The notes under the pieces are model-generated. The model had not been told where the DNA came from. It was given only the letters and a program-made list of their open reading frames with translations, and searched no databases. From an uncultured Verrucomicrobiae bacterium (GTDB lineage Bacteria > Verrucomicrobiota > Verrucomicrobiia > Chthoniobacterales > JAFAMB01), in the NCBI GenBank assembly GCA_963789065.1, contig CAWBKA010000025.1, positions 89,574 to 153,573 on the forward strand: a DNA stretch of 64,000 nucleotides. The letters are read 5' to 3'. This document shows positions 50,084 to 58,249 of the stretch, piece after piece. The first letter of the stretch is position 1, and the number at the start of each line of letters is the position of its first letter. A program made the position numbers and the translations under genes.

Positions 50084-50779
50084 ATGCGTAGTCTTACTAT
50101 TCACGAATTAGCGGATCAGGAGAAACCCCGTGAAAAGCTTCTCCAGCGCGGCATCGATTCTCTGACTGACGCCGAGATTCTGGCTATCCTGCTGCGCACG
50201 GGAGTTCGCGGTTGCAACGTCATTGAGCTGGCCCAGAGCCTCCTCAAACAATATAGAACGCTGGCTCAACTATCCCGTTGCCCCGTCGCGGAGCTCTCTC
50301 GTTTCAAAGGGGTCGGCACGGCCAAGGCATTGCACCTCGCCGCGGCATTCGGACTCGGGATAAGATTAGCCGCCGAGCAAGTCACTTCAGAACCGCTCAA
50401 TCATCCCGAGGCCATCTACGGGTTGCTCGGGACGGAGATGCGCCTCCTTGACCGTGAGTCGCTCCGCGTCGTCTTGCTGGACACGCGCTATCGACTCATC
50501 GCAATCAGCGAGATCTCGAAAGGAACTCTGAACGAAAGTCTGGCGCATCCGCGTGAAATCTTTAAGCCCGCGATCAGCCATTCCGCCTACGCGTTTGTGC
50601 TTGCTCACAATCATCCCTCCGGTGATCCGGCGCCGAGTGACGCCGACCTGAAGCTGACCCGGAGAGTCGCCGAATGCGCTCGCATGCTCCAGATCCAGCT
50701 CCTGGATCACATCATTCTGGGTTCGCCACAGGAAGGGCGGACAGGCTATTTCAGCTTTAAGGAAGCCGGCATTCTCTAG
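50084..50779 (+). CDS. radC: RadC family (JAMM motif) protein
   Basis: PREKLLQRG and AEILAILLRTG in the N-terminal HhH region. JAMM motif HNHPSGDPAPSDAD. Confidence 0.9.
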   Translation: MRSLTIHELADQEKPREKLLQRGIDSLTDAEILAILLRTGVRGCNVIELAQSLLKQYRTLAQLSRCPVAELSRFKGVGTAKALHLAAAFGLGIRLAAEQVTSEPLNHPEAIYGLLGTEMRLLDRESLRVVLLDTRYRLIAISEISKGTLNESLAHPREIFKPAISHSAYAFVLAHNHPSGDPAPSDADLKLTRRVAECARMLQIQLLDHIILGSPQEGRTGYFSFKEAGIL

Positions 50780-50822
50780 CCTGCGTCGCTCACAAATCCT
50801 TAGAGATTGTGCGCGACGCAGG

Positions 50823-51701
50823 CTAAAGACGCTCCGCCAGGCCATGCTCCGGGTCTTTGGCAATCCGCGAGTCCGGGCGTTCGGTGAGAATTGGTCCGGC
50901 TTTTTCACTCTCGATTGTCGCCATCTTCTGGACAACCTCGTGCCGCCGTTTGCTCGAAAAAAACGGATGAAGGATACCATAAAATAGATAGCTGATGAAA
51001 AGGACGGCTGGCATCCAGGTGTAGTTGGCCACCGTGGCAATCACGACCAGCACAATCACCAGGAGCTTCAAGGTGGGATGCCGGGTGCGCAAATCCAAGG
51101 CCCTAATGCTTGGGTAACTAAAGTGGCTAAGCATCATGAATGAGAGAAACAGCGTCAAAGGCGGCAGCAGCCATTTCCAACCGACAACTTGGTGCCCGCC
51201 AGGTGTGAGTGACAACGAAAACCAGGTCAGCGAAGCGATGATACCAGCGGCCCCTGGCACGGGTAAGCCATCAAAAGTCTTTCCCTTTTCAGTCCGCACC
51301 ATCGCGGCGGCAGTGCAGTTGAAGCGGGCAAGCCGTAAGGCGCAGCAGAGAAGGTAAACCGCGGCCAAAACCAAGCCGGCATACGAGAAATCCTTCAGCA
51401 GAATGCGACAGGCTAGCAGCGCCGGCGCGACTCCGAAAGAAACCAGGTCTGCCAGCGAATCGAACTCGCGCCCAAAGGCGCTCTCCTGGCCGCCCATCCG
51501 AGCGAGGTGGCCATCGAGGAAATCGAAGACGAATGCCGCGGTAATAAAGCCGATGGCCCAGGCAAAGAAAGATCTCTCTGAAAGGCTACCCTGCAAACGA
51601 GTGCCATGGAGGATACTCAATGTGGCCGCAAAGCCGCAGAGTAGATTGCCGCTGGTCATCAGGGTGGGCAAAAAATAAATTCTTGGTGATTTGTTTCCCA
51701 T
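50823..51701 (-). CDS. pssA: CDP-diacylglycerol--serine O-phosphatidyltransferase
   Basis: CDP-alcohol phosphatidyltransferase motif DFLDGHLARMGGQESAFGREFDSLADLVSFGVAPA. Polytopic membrane protein adjacent to psd. Confidence 0.88.
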   Translation of the reverse strand: MGNKSPRIYFLPTLMTSGNLLCGFAATLSILHGTRLQGSLSERSFFAWAIGFITAAFVFDFLDGHLARMGGQESAFGREFDSLADLVSFGVAPALLACRILLKDFSYAGLVLAAVYLLCCALRLARFNCTAAAMVRTEKGKTFDGLPVPGAAGIIASLTWFSLSLTPGGHQVVGWKWLLPPLTLFLSFMMLSHFSYPSIRALDLRTRHPTLKLLVIVLVVIATVANYTWMPAVLFISYLFYGILHPFFSSKRRHEVVQKMATIESEKAGPILTERPDSRIAKDPEHGLAERL

Positions 51702-51737
51702 GTCGAAGGTTAAAGCAGTCCGAAAGGCGGCAAAGTC

Positions 51738-52412
51738 CTAGAGGAACGATTGAGAGAGCCCTTGAGAATGCATCTTGTCTTTCGAAGAGAGTTTCGCAAT
51801 TACGCTTTCCCCGCCTTTCACGCGCTCGCCGATCTTTACCCTGATCTCGCTATCCATCGGCATATAAATCTCCGTTCGTGAACCAAATCGGATCATCCCA
51901 AAGCGTTCTCCTTTTTTTAGCTTATCGCCGACTTCCGACCAGCCAACGATGCACCGCGCCACCGCCCCAGCAACTTGCCGCACCACCAGGGTGGCGCGTG
52001 CGCTCTCGAACGCCCAGGTCTGATACGCATTTCGACGGCTCGCATCGGGATGCCGTGCATCGAGAAAGCTGCCACGATGGCTCCTTACGTAAGTGATTTT
52101 GCCGTCGATTGGAGCGCGATTGGTATGCACGTCGAACACCGAAAGAAAGATCGCTACCCGCCTCGCAATAGCGTTGAGGACTTCTGGTTCGAACGTTTCA
52201 TCGATGCCGACAATTTTTCCGTCAGCTGCCGCGACAATGGCGTCCCCATCGGCCGGCGTTGTGCGATTCGGGTCGCGGAAAAAATAAACCGTGCCAAGGA
52301 TCAGCGGCACCCAAAACAAGTTCAGCCAATGGCTGACTCTGCTGCTGATTGCAGAAAAGATCAACAGCACCAGCAGAATCCATCGTGCCTCCAGCAAAGT
52401 TTGAAATCGCAC
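51738..52412 (-). CDS. psd: phosphatidylserine decarboxylase proenzyme (short form)
   Basis: FFRDPNR, VHTNRAPIDG and the GERFGMIRFGSRTE region, which contains a GS(R)T self-cleavage-type site. 224 aa. Confidence 0.85.
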   Translation of the reverse strand: MRFQTLLEARWILLVLLIFSAISSRVSHWLNLFWVPLILGTVYFFRDPNRTTPADGDAIVAAADGKIVGIDETFEPEVLNAIARRVAIFLSVFDVHTNRAPIDGKITYVRSHRGSFLDARHPDASRRNAYQTWAFESARATLVVRQVAGAVARCIVGWSEVGDKLKKGERFGMIRFGSRTEIYMPMDSEIRVKIGERVKGGESVIAKLSSKDKMHSQGLSQSFL

Positions 52413-52543
52413 AAATGCATAGCAATAAGAAATCGCTACGAAGCCGTCAAGAGGCGTATGAGCACGCGTGACTTTCCACCGCGGTGTGCTGATTCACTCC
52501 CAGCCCGCCGTCCGCGCCCGATCGAGAGTGGTCCTGATCCCTC

Positions 52544-52570
52544 TCTCACCTCTCACCTCTCACCTCTCAC
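52544..52570. repeat. heptamer tandem array (TCTCACC)x4
   Basis: Same unit as the 19-copy array at 56141-56273. It overlaps the last codons and the TGA stop of the LysR gene, which reads GGTGAGA in gene sense. Confidence 0.85.
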
Positions 52571-53452
52571 AAACTGTTCCTTAGTGTACTCGATGAACCG
52601 CTGGACCAGAGGCTCGATCCGCTCTTTCCGCCAGGCAATGCCATACCGAATCTCCTGACCGGCGGGGCGTATCGGGATGAATTTCACACCCGGAGCCGGC
52701 TGGCGGGTGATGTGCTCGCCAAAAATCGAGACGCCGAAGCCGGCTGCAACGTATTGCACCGCAGTCCTCGCGCGATCCACTTCCTGAACCACCTTTGGCG
52801 TAAAGCCAGCACGTTGACAGAGTCGCGCCAACCAGGAGCGGTAACTGGGCGCATTTTCGCGCGAGGTCAAAATGAATCCTTCCTCTTTCAGTTGTTGAAG
52901 GCGAATAAAGGGGCGAGTGGCCAGTGGGTGATCGCTGGGCACTCCGGCCATCGGTTGTTCTTCGGCAATACATTCAATCTGCAAACCGGGCGGCGCTTTC
53001 CCGTCGATGGCACCGATGACTCCTATATCCAGCCGGTGCGTCGAGAGAGCTTCCAATTGTGCAGAGGGTACCATCTCCGTCAGCGTCACCTCAACGTCCG
53101 GATACTTCCGGCGGAAGCGCTTCAGAACGTGCGGCATCCATTCGTGGCTCTGAGCCCCGATGAATCCTATGGCCAGATGACCGGTTTCCGCCCGACCAAT
53201 TCTGCGGGTCTGTCTGGTCAGCTCTTCAAGATCAGTAATGATCTTCTTTGCTCCCAACAAAAAAATCTGCCCGGCGCCGGTCAGCTCTACGCGCCGACTA
53301 TTCCTTTCCAGCAGGACGACGCCGACCGCATTCTCCAAAAGACGGATTTGAGCGCTCACCGCCGACTGCGCAACATGCAACAGAGCGGCGGCACGAGTGA
53401 AGCTGAGCTCTTCCGCAACCGCAACAAAGTAACGGAGATGACGAAGTTCCAT
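52553..53452 (-). CDS. LysR family transcriptional regulator
   Basis: N-terminal HTH MELRHLRYFVAVAEELSFTRAA plus a LysR substrate-binding domain. Divergent from the MFS transporter gene. Confidence 0.92.
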   Translation of the reverse strand: MELRHLRYFVAVAEELSFTRAAALLHVAQSAVSAQIRLLENAVGVVLLERNSRRVELTGAGQIFLLGAKKIITDLEELTRQTRRIGRAETGHLAIGFIGAQSHEWMPHVLKRFRRKYPDVEVTLTEMVPSAQLEALSTHRLDIGVIGAIDGKAPPGLQIECIAEEQPMAGVPSDHPLATRPFIRLQQLKEEGFILTSRENAPSYRSWLARLCQRAGFTPKVVQEVDRARTAVQYVAAGFGVSIFGEHITRQPAPGVKFIPIRPAGQEIRYGIAWRKERIEPLVQRFIEYTKEQFVRGER

Positions 53453-53550
53453 GCCGGTAGCAAGAGACGTATCAATCAGCTAGACAGATGGCAGCTAGCA
53501 AAACAAGCTATTTCTCTTATTGCCAAGCACCTGCTAGAAGTGGCCCAGAC

Positions 53551-55116
53551 ATGAAAACATTAACGGTGCCAGCGGAAACCTCTTCAGCTTCGGGGTTGCC
53601 AACGCTTTGGCCGAAACGATTTGCACCGGCATTCGAGAGGTCTTCAAGGACGCGACGGGTAAATGTCCGCCTCCAGGAAAAGGAACCGGCCAACAAATGG
53701 ATCTCGCTGGCGGTTATCCTGGTCGGCCCGTTTCTAGGCGTGATCGATTTTTTCATCGCCAACATCGGAATTCCCTCCATCCGGACCTCTTTAGGCGCCT
53801 CCTTCAGCGAGATCGAACTCGTGATCGCCGGCTATGGATTATCTTACGCTGTCTGCTTGATCACCGGCGGAAGACTCGGGGACATCTTCGGCCGGAAAAT
53901 CACGTTTATCCTTGGGATGGCTGGTTTTACTTTGACCTCGGCTCTTTGCGGTTTGGCACCCACGGCGGGGTGGCTGATTTTCTGGAGGGTGGTCCAGGGA
54001 TGCGCCGCCGCGGTCATGTTTCCGCAAGCGCTTTCTTACATCCAGGTCAATTTTTCGGGACCATCGAAACGTGTCGCTTTCAGTCTCTATGGCGCAATGA
54101 TCGGTTTTGGATCGATCGTTGGACAGTTGCTCGGCGGCTTCATTATTCAGGCTAACTTTTTCGGCCTGGGCTGGAGACCGATCTTCCTGATCAATCTACC
54201 GATCGGGATCATCACGATCGTCAGCGCTTCCATGGTTCTCCGTGAATCGCGCGCGAACACCGCGCCGAAGTTGGACTTGGGCGGCGTCGCCATCCTCACT
54301 GTTGGTCTTGCTCTGTTCGCCTACCCGTTTATGGAAGGTCAACAGCAGGGATGGCCCTTATGGGCCTGGGCATCGCTCCTCGCCTCAGTTCCTGTCCTCT
54401 GGGCGTTCTATCTTTTCGAGCGCATGAAATCAGCGAGAAATTGCTCTCCCCTCATCGAGCCTCGGCTTTTTCGTGATCGCGGCTTCGTGGTCGGCCTGAT
54501 GGTGACCTGCATCTACTTTGGAGGCCACACCTCCATGATCCTGGTTTTGAGCCTTTATCTTCAATACAGCCTTGGTCTGAATCCGATGTACGCCGGGTTC
54601 GCCCTGGTGCCATTCTCTTTCGCATTCCTGCTCGGCTCGGCTGTTTCCGGCAAGATCAACGGCCGCCTCGGGCGCGGCTCACTCCATCTCGGTGTCGTTA
54701 TTCTGGCGATTGGCATCGTTGCCCTGGCGTTGGAGGCGGGCAAAGTTCCGAGTCACTTGACGCTGAGCTTCGTACTAACTTGCTTCCTCTACGGGATCGG
54801 TCGCGGAATCGTTACTTCACCTCTCTACAATACGGTGCTGAGCGGCATTCCGCACGAGGATGCCGGCGCGGCGTCCGGAGTAACTTCTACGATGCCTCAA
54901 CTGGCCAACTCCGTCGGTATCGCACTCATCGGTGCAGTGGTGTTCAGCGCAATCCCGAAACACGGCGCCACACCTGCCGACTACGCCCACGGTTTCGTCA
55001 TTTCATCGTTGATTAACCTCTTGATGCTTTTCGTAGCGGCTGTGCTGATATTTTTTATTCCCAAAAGCCGTGGTCGCGATCTACCAGCTGGCGAACCGGT
55101 CGCTGCCGAAGGGTAG
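53551..55116 (+). CDS. MFS transporter (DHA2/EmrB-like, ~14 TM)
   Basis: Many TM segments with the MFS motif GGRLGDIFGRK. An alternative upstream ATG lies at 53488. Confidence 0.85.
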   Translation: MKTLTVPAETSSASGLPTLWPKRFAPAFERSSRTRRVNVRLQEKEPANKWISLAVILVGPFLGVIDFFIANIGIPSIRTSLGASFSEIELVIAGYGLSYAVCLITGGRLGDIFGRKITFILGMAGFTLTSALCGLAPTAGWLIFWRVVQGCAAAVMFPQALSYIQVNFSGPSKRVAFSLYGAMIGFGSIVGQLLGGFIIQANFFGLGWRPIFLINLPIGIITIVSASMVLRESRANTAPKLDLGGVAILTVGLALFAYPFMEGQQQGWPLWAWASLLASVPVLWAFYLFERMKSARNCSPLIEPRLFRDRGFVVGLMVTCIYFGGHTSMILVLSLYLQYSLGLNPMYAGFALVPFSFAFLLGSAVSGKINGRLGRGSLHLGVVILAIGIVALALEAGKVPSHLTLSFVLTCFLYGIGRGIVTSPLYNTVLSGIPHEDAGAASGVTSTMPQLANSVGIALIGAVVFSAIPKHGATPADYAHGFVISSLINLLMLFVAAVLIFFIPKSRGRDLPAGEPVAAEG

Positions 55117-55194
55117 GGATGCGAGGGTCCGGCGTGGCATGTCTCGAAGCTTCCGTTCTCGAACGGGATGGTAGGGATGCGAGTCCGGCGTGGC
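55112..55194. repeat. direct repeat of a ~26-nt motif (ggtagggatgcgag(g)gtccggcgtggc)
   Basis: Copies lie at 55112-55138 and 55170-55194. The first copy contains the TAG stop of the MFS gene (55114-55116). Confidence 0.75.
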
Positions 55195-55293
55195 GCGTCC
55201 AGAAAACGTGGTCAGCCCCTTCGGATTTTGCAAGCACGCCGAAAATCCCGTTGCGCGCTTTGGTTCGCGACATTTTCGCGCTAGATATTTGGA

Positions 55294-56097
55294 ATGATTC
55301 ATCAGACCGCCGTTGTTGATCCGAAGGCTCAGATCGATTCCAACGTTGTCATCGGTCCGTATGCTCTCATTGAAGGTCCGGTTCAAATCGCTTCCGGCAC
55401 GGAAATTCAGGGTCACGCAGTCATAACCGGCTCGGTTCAGATCGGAGAGAACAATCGGATCGGATACGGGGCGGTGATCGGCGCGTTTCCTCAGGATCTT
55501 AGTTTTGATCCGAACTCCAGGTCCGGCGTAAAGATCGGCGAGAACAATGTCATCCGGGAGTATTGCACCGTCCATCGGGGCACCAAAGAAGGGTCAGATA
55601 CTCTGATCGGATCGAACAACCTTCTCATGGTGGGTGCACATCTTGGGCACAATACGCGAATAGGGAACAACGTAATCCTGGCCAATAATGTTTTGCTGGC
55701 TGGATATGCGGAAATTCATGATCGTGTCTTTATCGGCGGCGGCAGCGTCGTCCATCAGTTCACGAGGATGGGCACCATCTCGCTTCTGCAGGGTATTTCC
55801 GGCGTTGGCAAAGATGTCCCGCCATTTTCAATCGCCATCGGCAAAGACGGTATTTCCACCGTCAATGTCATTGGACTGCGGCGGGCAGGATACAGTGCGG
55901 CATTGCGTAAGGAAGTGAAGGAAGCGTTCGAGCTCTTGTACCGAAGTGGATTGAATTCAAGCCAGAGTCTCGAGGAAGCCAAAAAGCGTTCCTGGTCGAA
56001 CGAGGTTTCCTTGTTTTGGGACTTTGTCGCGACCTCGAAACGCGGGATCTGCCCCGTCGTTCGATGGAAAGAAACTCGAGGCATGGAAGAAACGTAA
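55294..56097 (+). CDS. lpxA: acyl-ACP--UDP-N-acetylglucosamine O-acyltransferase
   Basis: Starts [14 protein letters not shown], followed by hexapeptide-repeat left-handed beta-helix and the LpxA C-terminal helical domain. 267 aa. Confidence 0.93.
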   Translation: MIHQTAVVDPKAQIDSNVVIGPYALIEGPVQIASGTEIQGHAVITGSVQIGENNRIGYGAVIGAFPQDLSFDPNSRSGVKIGENNVIREYCTVHRGTKEGSDTLIGSNNLLMVGAHLGHNTRIGNNVILANNVLLAGYAEIHDRVFIGGGSVVHQFTRMGTISLLQGISGVGKDVPPFSIAIGKDGISTVNVIGLRRAGYSAALRKEVKEAFELLYRSGLNSSQSLEEAKKRSWSNEVSLFWDFVATSKRGICPVVRWKETRGMEET

Positions 56098-56098
56098 C

Positions 56099-56126
56099 GG
56101 CGTTCGGCGTTCGGCGTTCGGCGGGC
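56099..56126. repeat. heptamer tandem array (GGCGTTC)x3 plus a degenerate unit
   Basis: It starts 1 nt after the lpxA TAA stop. Same unit family as 2088-2125. Confidence 0.9.
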
Positions 56127-56140
56127 GGCTGAGTGGTCCC

Positions 56141-56273
56141 TCTCACCTCTCACCTCTCACCTCTCACCTCTCACCTCTCACCTCTCACCTCTCACCTCTC
56201 ACCTCTCACCTCTCACCTCTCACCTCTCACCTCTCACCTCTCACCTCTCACCTCTCACCTCTCACCTCTCACC
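56141..56273. repeat. perfect heptamer tandem array (TCTCACC)x19
   Basis: 133 nt with no mismatch. It generates the spurious SHLSPLT-repeat ORFs in the ORF track. Confidence 0.97.
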
Positions 56274-56293
56274 ACCTCCGCGATCTCAAACAA

Positions 56294-56360
56294 GACGCCG
56301 CTTCGCGAAGACGCCGATACGCCGATACGTTTCTCCCGCACGCCGATACGTTTCTCTCCC
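56294..56360. repeat. CGCCGATA octamer / cgatacgtttctc motif repeats
   Basis: The region reads acgccgat acgccgat acgtttctccc gc acgccgat acgtttctctccc. The same motif occurs at 2143-2155 and, in inverted orientation, at 2564-2586 and near position 60-75. Confidence 0.8.
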
Positions 56361-56415
56361 GTCCTGCTCATTTTTGTTTGATCATCTATGGTTGGTTGTT
56401 TAATACGACACCTTA

Positions 56416-56934
56416 ATGACGAGAGCCTTACGTGCCCTGACCATCGGGCTGACACTCCTTGCTATAGGTTGTTCGGAAAATGGAGGGAGAGGTAAGTCGA
56501 GTGAACGCGGCAGCAAGGTCCCAGTTGGCGAGCGAAAAATTGTCAAAACTACGGCCTATACCGATTCAGAATCCGGGCATCACGCCTACGGCGCTAAAAA
56601 TGCGATCGGATCTTGTCTCCAATCGGGCAGCCTGAACAGCGCGGCGGCAGACTGGTCTCGTTTCCCGATCGGCACCAAATTCCGGGTCGTCGATACCAAC
56701 CAGACGTATGTGATCGACGACTACGGTCCGGCTCTGGTTGGCACCGACACCATTGATTTGTACGTGCCATCGATGCGGCTTATGAATCAATGGGGCGCGA
56801 AACGGGTAACGATTGAGGTATTAGAAATGGGGTCGTTTGAAAGAAGTTTAGCAGTCCTGGAGCCGCGCCAGAGAAACCGATGTGTCAGGCAGATGGTGCA
56901 GAATATCAGAAAGCAAGATGAAACGAGGTTTTAG
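56416..56934 (+). CDS. 3D (DPBB, MltA/RlpA-like) domain lipoprotein
   Basis: Lipobox LLAIGCS, then TAYTDSESG and a 3D-domain-like core ending TIDLYVPS. Confidence 0.72.
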   Translation: MTRALRALTIGLTLLAIGCSENGGRGKSSERGSKVPVGERKIVKTTAYTDSESGHHAYGAKNAIGSCLQSGSLNSAAADWSRFPIGTKFRVVDTNQTYVIDDYGPALVGTDTIDLYVPSMRLMNQWGAKRVTIEVLEMGSFERSLAVLEPRQRNRCVRQMVQNIRKQDETRF

Positions 56935-56937
56935 CGC

Positions 56938-57910
56938 TTGAAAGTTTTTGTGACAGGCGGAGCGGGTTACGTCGGAAGCATCTGCGTCGAAGAACTGCTT
57001 CGGCGCGGGGACGAAGTTTTCGTTTTCGACAATTTGTCCGAAGGTCACCGTCTTTCGATCGATCACCGGGCGACATTTATCCAAGGCGATTTACTTGATC
57101 CTAAATCGATTTCGCTCGCGATCAACACATCCGGCCCGGAAGCCGTAATGCATTTCGCGGCTAATGCACTCGTGGCCGAATCGATGGTGAATCCGTACAA
57201 ATATTTCCAAAACAACGTGTACGGCGGCCTGAATCTTCTCCATGCGATGATTGAAAACGGCGTCGAACCGCATCGTGTTTTCTTCTACCTGCGCGACTTT
57301 CGGGACCCCCGACCGCAGCCTGATCGACGAAAACACGCCTCAGAACCCGATCAACCCGTACGGGGAGTCCAAACTGATGTTTGAGAAGATTCTCCGCTGG
57401 TTTGACCAGATTCACGGTCTTACCTTTATTGCCTTCCGGTACTTCAATGTTGCAGGCGCCTCGGAGAAATTCGGCGAACACCATCGGATCGAAACACACT
57501 TGATTCCGCGTGTTCTGCAAGTCGCGTTGGATCGAATGCCGAACGCCGAGATTTACGGGACGGATTTTCCGACTCCGGACGGGACTTGTATCCGGGATTA
57601 CATCCATGTACTTGATCTTGCGTCAGCACACATCCTTGCCCTTTCAGCTCAGAAGAGCGACTTTTTTAATCTCGGAACCGGTGGCGGAACTTCCGTGAGA
57701 GAGGTCATCGATGCCTGCCGCAAGGTCACCGGGCATCCGATTCCGGCGATCGAAAAACCTCGCCGCCAAGGCGATCCGCCCCGCTTAGTGGCTTCTTCGG
57801 AAAAAGCAAAAGAGCAACTCGGGTGGAAGCCGCAGTTCGAGAATATCGAAGCGATCGTCGGGAGCGCTTGGCGGTGGCATATCGCCCATCCGGACGGTTA
57901 TCCAGATTAG
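56938..57910 (+). pseudogene. galE: UDP-glucose 4-epimerase GalE, one frameshift near 57265 (probable assembly indel)
   Basis: VTGGAGYVGS Rossmann start in frame 1. The protein continues in frame 2 as RIVFSSTCATFG..NPYGESKLMFE (YxxxK)..RYFNVAGA..DYIHVLDL. TTG start. Confidence 0.9.
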
Positions 57911-57953
57911 TGTCCTGTCCCCGAAATAGGAGGTCTTTTGCGGAGGTCGGTTA

Positions 57954-58026
57954 GCTGTCCCGCACCAGTTACAGCCGCCGCGGCAAAGCGGACGACCCAT
58001 CATAGTAAAACTGGTGCGCGGACAGC
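57954..58026. repeat. long-loop hairpin (17-18 bp stem) downstream of galE
   Basis: gctgtcccgcaccagtt (57954-57970) pairs with aactggtgcgcggacagc (58009-58026) with one bulge. The half-motif gctgtcccgcacca recurs at 62750-62763. Confidence 0.5.
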
Positions 58027-58249
58027 CAACCCGGCCCGGCCCAAAGGGTTGCGATGAAAATGGCCCGGCGGCTGCGTTTGCTGATCGGTCAACTTCCTCG
58101 GTTTTTTCCGTTCCTAGTCTGTAATCCCTTCCGTCAAAGTGCGGCGCCGGATGCGTGGGAGTCTATGCCGCCCTCCGGGGGTTTTTCCTTGCTTTTCAGA
58201 GTCCCCGATGTTGCCCTTTTGTTTTATTTTATTCCGTTAACAATCCCTC

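Noticed and set aside
53480-53499. CTAG-N11-CTAG dyad in the LysR/MFS divergent region as a LysR box
   Set aside because: It does not fit the classical T-N11-A spacing. It would also lie inside the MFS ORF if the upstream ATG (53488) is used. Evidence is insufficient.
56141-56273. Possibility that the tandem arrays are CRISPR arrays
   Set aside because: The units are 7 nt with no spacers, and there are no cas genes in the window.
56024-56416. ORFs encoding SHLSPLT-repeat peptides (56024-56416 and 56133-56381)
   Set aside because: They are simply translations of the (TCTCACC)19 array and flanking repeats. There is no independent coding signal, and the reverse strand is equally open.
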